Source: Trueperaceae bacterium (GTDB taxonomy: Bacteria > Deinococcota > Deinococci > Deinococcales > Trueperaceae). From it: DNA of 64,000 nt. The stretch spans positions 1,504,001 to 1,568,000 of the forward strand of contig OZ243927.1 of NCBI GenBank assembly GCA_965213925.1, given 5' to 3'. Positions 40,083-48,936 of the stretch are shown one piece after another. Both the position numbers and the translations under genes were made by a program. How positions within the stretch are numbered: the first letter of the stretch is position 1; every line of letters begins with the position of its first letter. The notes beneath the pieces are model-generated. The model made no database searches. It saw only the letters and a program-made list of their open reading frames with translations, and was not told where the DNA came from.

Positions 40083-41492
40083 ATGCTGCTCACCCTTTCG
40101 ACCACCCACACCCCCGCGACCGACCTCGGCTACCTCTTGCACAAGCACCCGGACAAGGTGCAGACCTTTAGCCTTCCCTTCGGTCAGGCGCACGTGTTCT
40201 ACCCCGAAGCGAGCGAGGCGCGCTGCGCGGCGGCGCTCATGCTGGACATCGACCCCGTACGTCTGACGCGGCGCGGCGGCGCGCCCCGCTTCGCCCTGCA
40301 GCCGTACGTGAATGACCGCCCCTACGCGACCTCGTCGCTGATGAGCGTGGCGATCGCTCGCGTTTTCGGCAGCGCCTTACAGGGGAAGTGCAAGGAGAAG
40401 CCCGACCTCACTGAAACCCCGTTGCCGCTCCGAGCCACGCTGACCTCTTTACCTTGCCGCAGTTACAAAAATGAGGGTGGCGAAGCCCTTCTGAAGCGAC
40501 TTTTCGGACCGCTCGGCTATACCGTGGAGGCTGAGTCGCATCCGCTCGACGCCGCGTTTCCGGGCTGGGGCGACAGCGCTTACTACCGCGTGACCCTCTC
40601 GGGAATGCGCACGCTCGCCGAGCTGCTCCGCCACCTCTACGTCCTCATCCCCGTTTTAGACGACGACAAGCACTACTGGGTCGAGCAAGACGAAGTGGAG
40701 AAGCTTTTGGCGAAGGGCGAAGGCTGGTTAGAGAATCATCCCGAGCGTGACCTCATCGCGAAGCGTTACCTCAAACATCAGCGGGGTTTGGCGGCGTCGG
40801 CGCTGGAGGCTTTCGCCGCAGATGAACCGGAACCCGTAGCGAAGCTGGACCCCGTAAACACCGTCAGGCTCCACGATGAACGCCTGAACTGGGTACGTGA
40901 CCGGCTTAAAGAGAGCGGCGCGAGGCGCGTGCTCGACCTCGGCTGCGGCGAGGGCAAGCTCCTCAAGCTGCTCGTGCAAGAACCGCAGTTCGTCCACCTC
41001 ACCGGGATGGACGTGTCGACGCGCGCGCTGGCGAAGGCGTCGCGGTGGCTCGCTTCGGCAAATTCAGCAGGGTGCGTCGACCTCTTTCAGAGTTCACTGC
41101 TCTACCGGGACTCGAGGCTCAGAGGTTTCGACGCTGCCGCTGTCGTCGAAGTGATTGAGCACTTAGCACCCTTCCAGCTCGCCTCATTTGAGGAGAACGT
41201 GTTTGGCTACACGCGACCCGAGACCGTCATCCTCACGACACCCAACCGAGACTACAACGCGCTTTTCGGTCTGGAGGATGGCGCACTGCGCCATCCCGAC
41301 CACCGCTTCGAGTGGACGAGGGCGGAGTTTAGAGCGTGGGCGCAAGAGGTCACGAAGAGGTACGAATACGGACTCGAGCTTACTGCCATCAGCACCGACC
41401 TCTTGCCCGAAGATAGCGAGGTGGGTGCGCCAACGCAGGTCGGGGTATTCAAACTCACTTCGGATGGCGGAAACGAGGAGGTCGCGCGGTGA
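40083..41492 (+). CDS. hen1: 3'-terminal RNA ribose 2'-O-methyltransferase Hen1
   Basis: PATDLGYLLHKHP, YVNDRPY, YVLIPVLDDDKHYWV, VLDLGCGEG, EVIEH, TTPN.DYN, RHPDHRFEWTR. Confidence 0.97.
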   Translation: MLLTLSTTHTPATDLGYLLHKHPDKVQTFSLPFGQAHVFYPEASEARCAAALMLDIDPVRLTRRGGAPRFALQPYVNDRPYATSSLMSVAIARVFGSALQGKCKEKPDLTETPLPLRATLTSLPCRSYKNEGGEALLKRLFGPLGYTVEAESHPLDAAFPGWGDSAYYRVTLSGMRTLAELLRHLYVLIPVLDDDKHYWVEQDEVEKLLAKGEGWLENHPERDLIAKRYLKHQRGLAASALEAFAADEPEPVAKLDPVNTVRLHDERLNWVRDRLKESGARRVLDLGCGEGKLLKLLVQEPQFVHLTGMDVSTRALAKASRWLASANSAGCVDLFQSSLLYRDSRLRGFDAAAVVEVIEHLAPFQLASFEENVFGYTRPETVILTTPNRDYNALFGLEDGALRHPDHRFEWTRAEFRAWAQEVTKRYEYGLELTAISTDLLPEDSEVGAPTQVGVFKLTSDGGNEEVAR

Positions 41493-44050
41493 CGCTCACG
41501 GTTCCTGAATTCTCCCTCGTCATTTTGGTGGGCGCGTCGGGCGCGGGCAAATCACGCTTTGCGGCGGAGCACTTCAAACCGACTGAGGTCATCTCCTCGG
41601 ACGCCTGCCGCGCCGCTATCAGCGACAATGAAAACGACCTCTCGGTCACGAAAGACGCCTTCGAGTTGGTGCGTTACGTCGCGGCGAAGCGGCTCGAGCA
41701 TCGGCGCTTGACCGTCATCGATGCGACCAGCGTGCGGCGCGAAGACCGCGCCTCCTTGCTGCAACTCGCCCGCACGTATCACTGCCTCGCGGCGGCCATC
41801 GTCTTCGACTTGCCCGAACCCCTCCTCCAAGAGCGCAACGCGGCGCGTCCCGAACGCGACTTCGGTCCTCACGTCGTGCGCAACCAGACCCGGCAGCTCA
41901 GGCGTTCGCTCAAGGGGCTCAAGCGCGAGGGATTTCGCTACGTGCATGTGCTGGGCTCGCCCGAAGAGGTCGCGGCGGTCCAGGTGCAGCGCCACGCGCT
42001 CTGGACGAACAGGCGAGAGGAGCGGGGTCCTTTTGACATCGTCGGGGATGTACACGGGTGCTGCGACGAGTTGGAAGGGTTGTTAGACAAGCTCGGTTAC
42101 ACCTGGACGGAGCGAGAGGGGTTTTATCCGCGTCTTTACGCGCACCCCGAAGGGCGCAGAGCGGTCTTTCTCGGCGATTTGACGGACCGAGGACCGCGTA
42201 ATCTGGACAGCTTAGACCTCGTCAAGGCGATGACCGAAGCGGGTCACGCGCTCTGCGTGCCGGGCAATCACGACGTCAAGCTGCTCAAGCGGTTGCGCGC
42301 TCAAGAGGTCAAGCTGAAGCATGGGTTGGAGAGGACCGTCGCCGAACTCGAGGCGCTTCCCGAAGCGGTGCGTCCCGCCTTCGAACGTGAGATAGCGAGC
42401 TTTTTAGGCGGGCTCGTCAGTCACTACGTGTTAGATGACGGCAAGCTCGTCGTGGCACATGCGGGGCTTACAGAAGACCTGCAAGGTCGCGCCTCGGGCG
42501 CGGTGCGCGCCTTCGCGCTCTTCGGCGACACGACGGGGGAGCCCGACGAGTACGGGCTCCCGGTGCGGCGCAACTGGGCGGCGGACTACCGGGGCGAGGC
42601 GCTCGTCGTCTACGGCCACACGCCCGTGGCGGAGCCGCTTCACCTCAACCACACGGTCAATATCGACACGGGTTGCGTCTTCGGCGGCGCGCTCACGGCG
42701 CTCCGTTACCCGGAGATGGAGACGGTTTCTGTCCTCGCAAGAGAGGTCTACGCCGAAAGTGCGCGTCCGTTCCTTCCCGCTACGGAGGCGCGTCCGGCGG
42801 ACGTCCTCGAGATCGGAGACGTGCTCGGCAAACGCCAAATTACTACGCGGCTGCGCAAAAGCGTCACCGTTCGCGAGGAGAACGCCGCCGCCGCGTTAGA
42901 GGTCATGAGCCGCGCCGCCGTGGACCCCAAGTGGCTCATCTACTTGCCGCCGACGATGGCCGCTCCCCAAACCTCGAGACGCCAGGAGCTGTTAGAGCAT
43001 CCCGATGAAGCCTTCGCTAGTTACCACCGCGAAGGGGTCCGAGAGGTCGTGTGCCAAGAGAAACACATGGGCTCGCGCGCCGTCCTCGTCCTCTGCCGCA
43101 ACCAAGAGGTCGCGGCGCGGCGCTTCGGCGTGACGGACGGGCGTTACGGTGTCCTCTACACGCGCACGGGGCGACCTTTCTTCTCGAACCCTTCTTTGGA
43201 GGACGCTTTGCTCGCCCGCGTCCGCGCCTCTCTGGATGAAACGACCTTCTGGGAAGACTTGCAGACCGACTGGGTCTGCTTAGACGCCGAACTCATGCCC
43301 TGGTCTGCGAAGGCGCAGCGGCTCCTAGAGGAGCAGTACGCGGCAGTGGGAACGGCGGCGGAGCACGCCTTGAGTGAGACGCTTTCGGTGCTCGAGCAGG
43401 CTGAGGCGCGGGGGCTCGGGTTCACCTTGCGAGAAGAGACGACGAAGCGGCTTGAAAGCGTCACGCGTTACCGCGAGGCGTACCGGCGCTACTGCTGGAA
43501 CGTCGCGTCAGTAGACGACCTAAAGCTCGCCCCGTTTCACCTCTTGGCGACCGAGGGCGCGGTCCATATGGACCAAACGCACGTGTGGCACATGGAGACG
43601 CTGGCGAAGTATCTGCGCGGTCCCTCTTTGCAGAATACAGCGTTCATAAGGGTCAACTTAGAGGACGACGAGAGCGTCGCTAGCGCGGTGACTTGGTGGG
43701 AAACGCTGACGACGCAAGGGGGCGAGGGCATGGTGGTGAAGCCGCTCGAGTTCATCGCCGAAGGTCGACCCAGTGGAAGGGAGAGGCGAACGCTCGTTCA
43801 GCCCGCCATCAAGGTGCGAGGTCGAGAGTATCTCAGGCTCATCTACGGTCCGGAGTACACGCTGCCGCAGCACCTAGAGCGGTTGAGGGCGCGCAGCGTG
43901 TCCGCAAAGCGCTCATTGGCACTTCGCGAATTCGCATTAGGTATAGAGGCGCTAGAGCGCTTCGTGAACGGGAACCCCTTCTACCGCGTGCATGAATGTG
44001 TTTTCGGAGTGCTCGCGTTGGAGAGTGAGCCGGTGGACCCAAGGCTATAA
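41489..44050 (+). CDS. pnkP: polynucleotide kinase-phosphatase-ligase Pnkp
   Basis: P-loop GASGAGKS; metallophosphoesterase GDVHG/GDLTDRG/GNHD; ligase EKHMGSR, GEGMVVKP; C-terminus ESEPVDPRL. Confidence 0.97.
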   Translation: MTLTVPEFSLVILVGASGAGKSRFAAEHFKPTEVISSDACRAAISDNENDLSVTKDAFELVRYVAAKRLEHRRLTVIDATSVRREDRASLLQLARTYHCLAAAIVFDLPEPLLQERNAARPERDFGPHVVRNQTRQLRRSLKGLKREGFRYVHVLGSPEEVAAVQVQRHALWTNRREERGPFDIVGDVHGCCDELEGLLDKLGYTWTEREGFYPRLYAHPEGRRAVFLGDLTDRGPRNLDSLDLVKAMTEAGHALCVPGNHDVKLLKRLRAQEVKLKHGLERTVAELEALPEAVRPAFEREIASFLGGLVSHYVLDDGKLVVAHAGLTEDLQGRASGAVRAFALFGDTTGEPDEYGLPVRRNWAADYRGEALVVYGHTPVAEPLHLNHTVNIDTGCVFGGALTALRYPEMETVSVLAREVYAESARPFLPATEARPADVLEIGDVLGKRQITTRLRKSVTVREENAAAALEVMSRAAVDPKWLIYLPPTMAAPQTSRRQELLEHPDEAFASYHREGVREVVCQEKHMGSRAVLVLCRNQEVAARRFGVTDGRYGVLYTRTGRPFFSNPSLEDALLARVRASLDETTFWEDLQTDWVCLDAELMPWSAKAQRLLEEQYAAVGTAAEHALSETLSVLEQAEARGLGFTLREETTKRLESVTRYREAYRRYCWNVASVDDLKLAPFHLLATEGAVHMDQTHVWHMETLAKYLRGPSLQNTAFIRVNLEDDESVASAVTWWETLTTQGGEGMVVKPLEFIAEGRPSGRERRTLVQPAIKVRGREYLRLIYGPEYTLPQHLERLRARSVSAKRSLALREFALGIEALERFVNGNPFYRVHECVFGVLALESEPVDPRL

Positions 44051-44094
44051 GCAATGAGCAATGAGTCTAAAGATTTTCACTCATTGCTATTAAT

Positions 44095-44285
44095 TACAGC
44101 GTCAAATAAGAAATAAGACATGTCATTCTGAACGGAGCCCTACGGCGAGCGTAGGATAGACTCCGCGGAGTGAAAGAATCTCGTCTTCCAATCTCGACTA
44201 GTTGGGATTGTAAGACGAGACCCCTCGACTGCGCTGCGCTCCACTCGGGGTGACAACAGTGTTACAAAACTTAACTGACAGTGTA
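44095..44285. mobile_element. third copy of the MITE-like element
   Basis: TACAGCGTCAA...CTGACAGTGTA with the same core as 33135-33492; between convergent pnkP and sirtuin. Confidence 0.8.
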
Positions 44286-44324
44286 TTAATCAGCGCCGCA
44301 AGTCAAGCCCAGAGGACGCTAGCG

Positions 44325-45209
44325 CTACCTGCATAATGTCTCCACCAAACCCGGCAAGACCTCGCCTAACCTGGCGTCCACACACAAGCAAGCGTCCTTG
44401 TCACCCCGCGTCGGACCTGCGTTGATAATCACTACGGGTTTGTTCTCTTTCGCCGCGCGCGCCACGAAGCGGTAGCCCGAAAAGACCGTCAGTGACGAGC
44501 CGACGACGAGGAGAACGTCGGCTTGCTCGTACATGGTCCACGCCCTCAGAACGCGCGCTTTCGGCACGTTTTCGCCGAAGAAAACCACGTCCGGTTTGAG
44601 GACGCCGCCGCAGCGTGAACAAGCTGGGACGTTGAAGTGGCGGATCGCCGCTTCGGACACCTCCGCGTCGCCGTCGGGCGCGATGTCGGTGGCGCTGACG
44701 TGCAGGGCGGGATTAGCCGCGCGCATCCTCTCCTGTAACTTCCGCCGCGACTCCACGCCGCGGCACCCCAAGCAGCGCACGGCGGCTAAGCTGCCGTGGA
44801 GTTCTAAGACGTTGCGGCTGCCCGCCGCTTGGTGGAGCCCGTCCACGTTTTGGGTGATGAGCCCGGTGAAGCCGTGCCCCTCTCTAGACTGTAAACGGGT
44901 TTCTAGCTGCGCCAGCGCCTTGTGCCCCGCATTAGGCCGCGCCTTATAGACGCGCTGCCAACCGCGAAAGCTCCGCGCCCAGTAGCGCTGCCGCGCCGCC
45001 TCGCTGCCGACGAACTGCTGGTAACGCATAGGGTTACGCGGCTTTTTCGAGCTTTCGGGTCCCCTGTAGTCGGGGATGCCCGACTCGGTGCTGATGCCCG
45101 CGCCGGAGAGGACGAGCACGCGGCGTCCTTGCAGATGTGAGCTGAGCTGGGGTAGGGTCTCTTGTAAGCTGGGGAGAGCACTCTGTACGTACACCTTGTA
45201 GGATAACAA
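44325..45209 (-). CDS. NAD-dependent protein deacylase, sirtuin class II (SIRT4-like)
   Basis: GAGISTESGIPDYRG, RQRYWARS, TQNVDGLH, HG, two CxxC, KPDVVFFGE; true start may be slightly downstream. Confidence 0.93.
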   Translation of the reverse strand: MLSYKVYVQSALPSLQETLPQLSSHLQGRRVLVLSGAGISTESGIPDYRGPESSKKPRNPMRYQQFVGSEAARQRYWARSFRGWQRVYKARPNAGHKALAQLETRLQSREGHGFTGLITQNVDGLHQAAGSRNVLELHGSLAAVRCLGCRGVESRRKLQERMRAANPALHVSATDIAPDGDAEVSEAAIRHFNVPACSRCGGVLKPDVVFFGENVPKARVLRAWTMYEQADVLLVVGSSLTVFSGYRFVARAAKENKPVVIINAGPTRGDKDACLCVDARLGEVLPGLVETLCR

Positions 45210-45432
45210 GCGGGGCGTCGGTGCGGTGCTTCCCTGCCGACATGCGTAGGGTGACCTAATTATTCAAAAGGTCATCTGAAAATGACCTCGAGCATAGTAC
45301 CAACAGAGCCGTCTAAGCGTGGTCTACGCGGGGTGAGAGTCCTACTATACGCAGGCTGATGTTGAACCAACCCTCGCGCAGCGGCGGGGTGCTATCATCT
45401 GTCACTTACAAAATCTTGTATACTTGCTAAGT

Positions 45433-45449
45433 TTATGTTATCGGCATTA
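45433..45449. promoter_or_regulatory. RDRM-like palindrome
   Basis: TTATGT-TATCG-GCATTA overlapping the wzz-like start codon. Confidence 0.3.
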
Positions 45450-46726
45450 TGAGCCGATATACCGGGTTAAGAAAGTTCAGGTCTGTGCCAGAATCCATCA
45501 CCAACGATATATCAAGGGGTGCGGAGCCGCATTTGAGGGATGACGAGGTCTCTTTACGGGAGCTTTATCTCATCTTTAAGCGCGGGCTTCCCTGGGTCGT
45601 CGGGGCGGCGCTCCTCGCGGGCGCGCTGGCGTTTGCGCTCACGCTCCGGCATACGCCCGTCTTCGTAGCGAGCGCGTCTGTGCTGGTCTCGCCGCTGCCC
45701 GTGGAGGGCGAGCCCGCCGAAGCGGTGCAGCGCCTGAGCCTCGAGCGGAGCGGCGAGGTCCCCTTCGAGGTGTACCGCGAGCTTGCCAGAAGCGAGGCGG
45801 TGCTCTCGGACGCGCTCAGCCGTGTGAAGGACGCCGATACGGATATGAGCGCTGCGGCGCTTAGGGCGGCGGGAGGCTTGCGGCGAGACACCAGACCGAA
45901 CCAGACGGGCAGCGACGCTTTGGTCGTCACACACATCCTCACCCTCCCCGACCCCGAGCGTGCAGCGGCGCTCGCGGACGCTTGGGCGCAGAGCGCGGTG
46001 GCGGCGGTCCACAATCTGCGCTCAGCGACCTTAACCGAAATCGAGGAGGCGACGGGCGCAGCGGCGTTGCAGCTCGAGGAGACCCTGCAGCGCGCCGAAA
46101 CGCAGCTGCGAGACTTCCGGGTGCAAAACGGGGGCGACCTCGCAGCCGCTAGAGCCGAAGGGCTGACCGCCGAACTGGTCGAAGGCGAGGCGGAACTCCG
46201 GGCGTTATCGAGACGGATTGACGCCTCGAGAGCGCGGCTAGAAACGCTGCGCGCCCAGCGCCAGACGAACACGCCGAGCCGCGTGAGCGACGTGCAACGC
46301 GAAGAGATCGCCCTGAGCGGACTTCTCGCGGAGCAGGAGAGCTTGCAGGCGCAACTGCAGGACATTGAGGCGACGCTCCAAACTGAGCCCGCCGCCGAAT
46401 CGGGGCAGAGAGGGCGTCAGCTAGGGCGCGCCGTAGAACGCGCCCGAACCGCCTTTCAGCGCGTTACGGACGCGCAAGTACGCGCCGCCTATCTGCGCGA
46501 CATCATCCCGAGCACCGCGCAACTCCTAGACCGCGCGAGCGTGCCCAACGCGCCCGTAGACGCGCCGGGTGCTTCACGTATCGTTCTCGCCGCCCTCGCA
46601 GGCGCACTGCTCGCCACTTTGGTTATCTTTTTACGGGCTGCGATCACGCCGCCCAAGCTGTCACCACGTCAACCTTCCCCTTCCCAGATCAACCCATCCC
46701 AACCCATCCCAGAAAGCAGAGGTTAA
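45449..46726 (+). CDS. Wzz/GumC-type polysaccharide co-polymerase (no kinase domain)
   Basis: DEVSLRELY, two TM segments flanking a long coiled coil, A..P..P before TM2. Confidence 0.85.
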   Translation: MSRYTGLRKFRSVPESITNDISRGAEPHLRDDEVSLRELYLIFKRGLPWVVGAALLAGALAFALTLRHTPVFVASASVLVSPLPVEGEPAEAVQRLSLERSGEVPFEVYRELARSEAVLSDALSRVKDADTDMSAAALRAAGGLRRDTRPNQTGSDALVVTHILTLPDPERAAALADAWAQSAVAAVHNLRSATLTEIEEATGAAALQLEETLQRAETQLRDFRVQNGGDLAAARAEGLTAELVEGEAELRALSRRIDASRARLETLRAQRQTNTPSRVSDVQREEIALSGLLAEQESLQAQLQDIEATLQTEPAAESGQRGRQLGRAVERARTAFQRVTDAQVRAAYLRDIIPSTAQLLDRASVPNAPVDAPGASRIVLAALAGALLATLVIFLRAAITPPKLSPRQPSPSQINPSQPIPESRG

Positions 46727-46728
46727 GC

Positions 46729-48084
46729 ATGAACGTCACCATCATCGGAACAGGCTACGTCGGACTCACCACGGGCGTCGCCCTCGCCTACTTAGGTCAC
46801 AACGTCACCTGCGTGGACAAAAACCCTAGAATCGTTGAAACGCTCAAGACGGGCACCTCCACCATTCACGAGCCCGGCTTAGAGGAGCTTTTGCGGAGCG
46901 CCAAAAGCCGTTTGCGCTTCCAGGCGGACATTCCCGCCTTAAAAGGCGAAGGCGTCGTGTTTATCGCCGTGGGGACGCCGACGAAAGGCAACGGCGACGC
47001 GGACTTGCAGTACGTCGACGCCGCCGCTAAAGAGGTCGCCGAGCGCATCGAGCCGGGGGCGCAACTCGTCGTCGTGAACAAATCCACCGTGCCTGTGGGC
47101 AGCGCGCGGCACGTGGAAGGAATTTTAGAGCGCACCTTAGAAAAACAGGGCGTCGAAGCCTTCGTCTCGGTCGCCTCGAACCCTGAGTTTCTCGCCGAGG
47201 GCAAAGCCGTTCACGACACGCTCTACCCCGACCGCGTGGTCATCGGCGCAGACGGCGCGACCGCCGTCGGGATGCTCCGCGAACTCTACGCGCCCCTCTT
47301 AGAGCAGACGTTCGACGCCCCCAGCGAAACGCCCCGCCCCGAGCGCTACCCGCTGCCCTCTTTAATCACCACCACGCCCACGAGCGCCGAGCTGACCAAA
47401 TACGCCGCCAACTCCTTTCTGGCGACCAAAATTAGCTTCATCAACGAGTTTGCAGGCTTAGCCGAGCACATCGGTGCGGACATCACCCAAGTGGCGCGCG
47501 CCATCGGCTTGGACACGCGCATCGGTCCCAAGTTTTTGAACGCGGGCATCGGCTGGGGCGGCTCCTGCTTCGGCAAAGATACAAAAGCGATCATCGCCAC
47601 CGCCAAAGGCTACGACTACGACATGTCCATCGTCGAGTCGGCGATTCACGTCAACCAGAAGCAGCGCCTGCACATCATCGACCGCCTGCAAAAGCACCTC
47701 AAGGTCTTGCGTGGCACGACCATCGGTCTCCTCGGTCTCGCCTTCAAAGGCAACACCGACGACCTGCGCGACGCGCCCGCGCTGACCTTGATCGAGCACC
47801 TGCACGAGCGCGGCGCGGTCATCCGCGTCCACGATCCCATCGCGATGGCGAACGCCCGTAGGCTCTACCCCGACTTGCCCGTCGAATACTGCGAAGACGT
47901 CGAGTGTCTCTCGATGGGCTGCGACGCGCTCGTCGTCGTGACTGACTGGCAGGAGTACAAGCACCTGCCCCTAGAGGAGATCAAAGCGCGGATGCGCGGC
48001 GACTTGATCATGGACGCTCGCAACATGCTCAACCCGAGTGAGGTTGAGGAGCAGGGGATGACGTATGTAGGGGTAGGGAAGTAG
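46729..48084 (+). CDS. ugd: UDP-glucose 6-dehydrogenase
   Basis: GTGYVGL, IAVGTP, KSTVPVG, NPEFL, KYAANSFLA, GGSCFGKD, LAFK.NTDDLR. Confidence 0.95.
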   Translation: MNVTIIGTGYVGLTTGVALAYLGHNVTCVDKNPRIVETLKTGTSTIHEPGLEELLRSAKSRLRFQADIPALKGEGVVFIAVGTPTKGNGDADLQYVDAAAKEVAERIEPGAQLVVVNKSTVPVGSARHVEGILERTLEKQGVEAFVSVASNPEFLAEGKAVHDTLYPDRVVIGADGATAVGMLRELYAPLLEQTFDAPSETPRPERYPLPSLITTTPTSAELTKYAANSFLATKISFINEFAGLAEHIGADITQVARAIGLDTRIGPKFLNAGIGWGGSCFGKDTKAIIATAKGYDYDMSIVESAIHVNQKQRLHIIDRLQKHLKVLRGTTIGLLGLAFKGNTDDLRDAPALTLIEHLHERGAVIRVHDPIAMANARRLYPDLPVEYCEDVECLSMGCDALVVVTDWQEYKHLPLEEIKARMRGDLIMDARNMLNPSEVEEQGMTYVGVGK

Positions 48085-48106
48085 CTGTAGATTTGACTTA
48101 AAATAT

Positions 48107-48877
48107 GGTAGTGGTTCAATCCCGAATGATCTCCAGGTTGTAACGGACGAGGAAGCGGTGTAGACAGGTAAGATGCATATGCTCGGACTTAGAGAATGCC
48201 AACGTCTTGCTCGCTTCGTGCGCAAGACGTTGCCTGAGTGCGTTGTTGAAGCGCTCAACGTGGGAAGTAAGACCTGTAGCTTTACTGACAGCTTGGTGGT
48301 GTTCGTCTGGCAGTACGCTCTGATAGGCTTCCCAGAAGTCACTATAGCAGAGCCCTTGCTTGTAGTTTTCAGGAATGCCCTTCCAGAGTTGCTTACAGGT
48401 GGCTGCGCCGCGCCCACCTATGACGCAAGCAACCACTTGACGAGTCTGCTTGCATAAAGCGATCCACACCCAGCGTTTCTTCGCTTTCTTCTGCACAAAC
48501 GAGTGCAACTCATCAAGCTCTAGCTCCACGCGCTGAGGAACATCGAACCTGACAAGGGTGTCTTTCAGTGCGGGGAGTTTTCTTCGTTTTTTTTGAGCCA
48601 GCGACTCACCGTGCTACGCGCCACCCCGAAGGTGCGCTCAAGCCCTCTTAAACTGGAACGCTCCTCATACGCGCTTAAAATCTCCTCTTTGCGCGGCTCA
48701 GTGTGGCCATTCGGACTCGGCTCCTCACGGCTCTGCTTTTTACAGTCCTTACAGCGATACTTCTGCTTCCCATTCGGCGCTACGCCGTTCTTGACGATGT
48801 TCTCGCTGTCGCAGTGGTAACAGGTGAGTGTCTTCGTAACCATGCCCTACTATAGCATTCGGGGTGCGACCACTACC
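48107..48877 (-). mobile_element. IS1-family element (771 bp)
   Basis: IRs GGTAGTGGT-N5-CCCGAATG; near-duplicated AT-rich target TAAAATAT/AAAAATAT; insA (48565-48843, zinc finger + HTH) and insB (48116-about 48590) joined by an A8C slippery site. Confidence 0.93.
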
Positions 48878-48887
48878 AAAAATATTA

Positions 48888-48923
48888 AGGGCGCGGTTAG
48901 CTTAACCAACCGCGCCTCTTTTT
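48888..48923 (+). terminator. intrinsic terminator, probably the original ugd terminator
   Basis: GGCGCGGTT...AACCGCGCC followed by TCTTTTT. Confidence 0.7.
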
Positions 48924-48936
48924 GTATTCAATTTTA

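Noticed and set aside
44325..45209. Anti-phage Sir2 NADase (Thoeris/DSR type)
   Set aside because: Has the zinc-binding CxxC pairs and class II deacylase motifs, with no defence partner domains
48173..48457. 94-aa plus-strand ORF containing QRLARFVRKTL
   Set aside because: Antisense to IS1 insB; the motif appears only because of the palindrome and loop inversion
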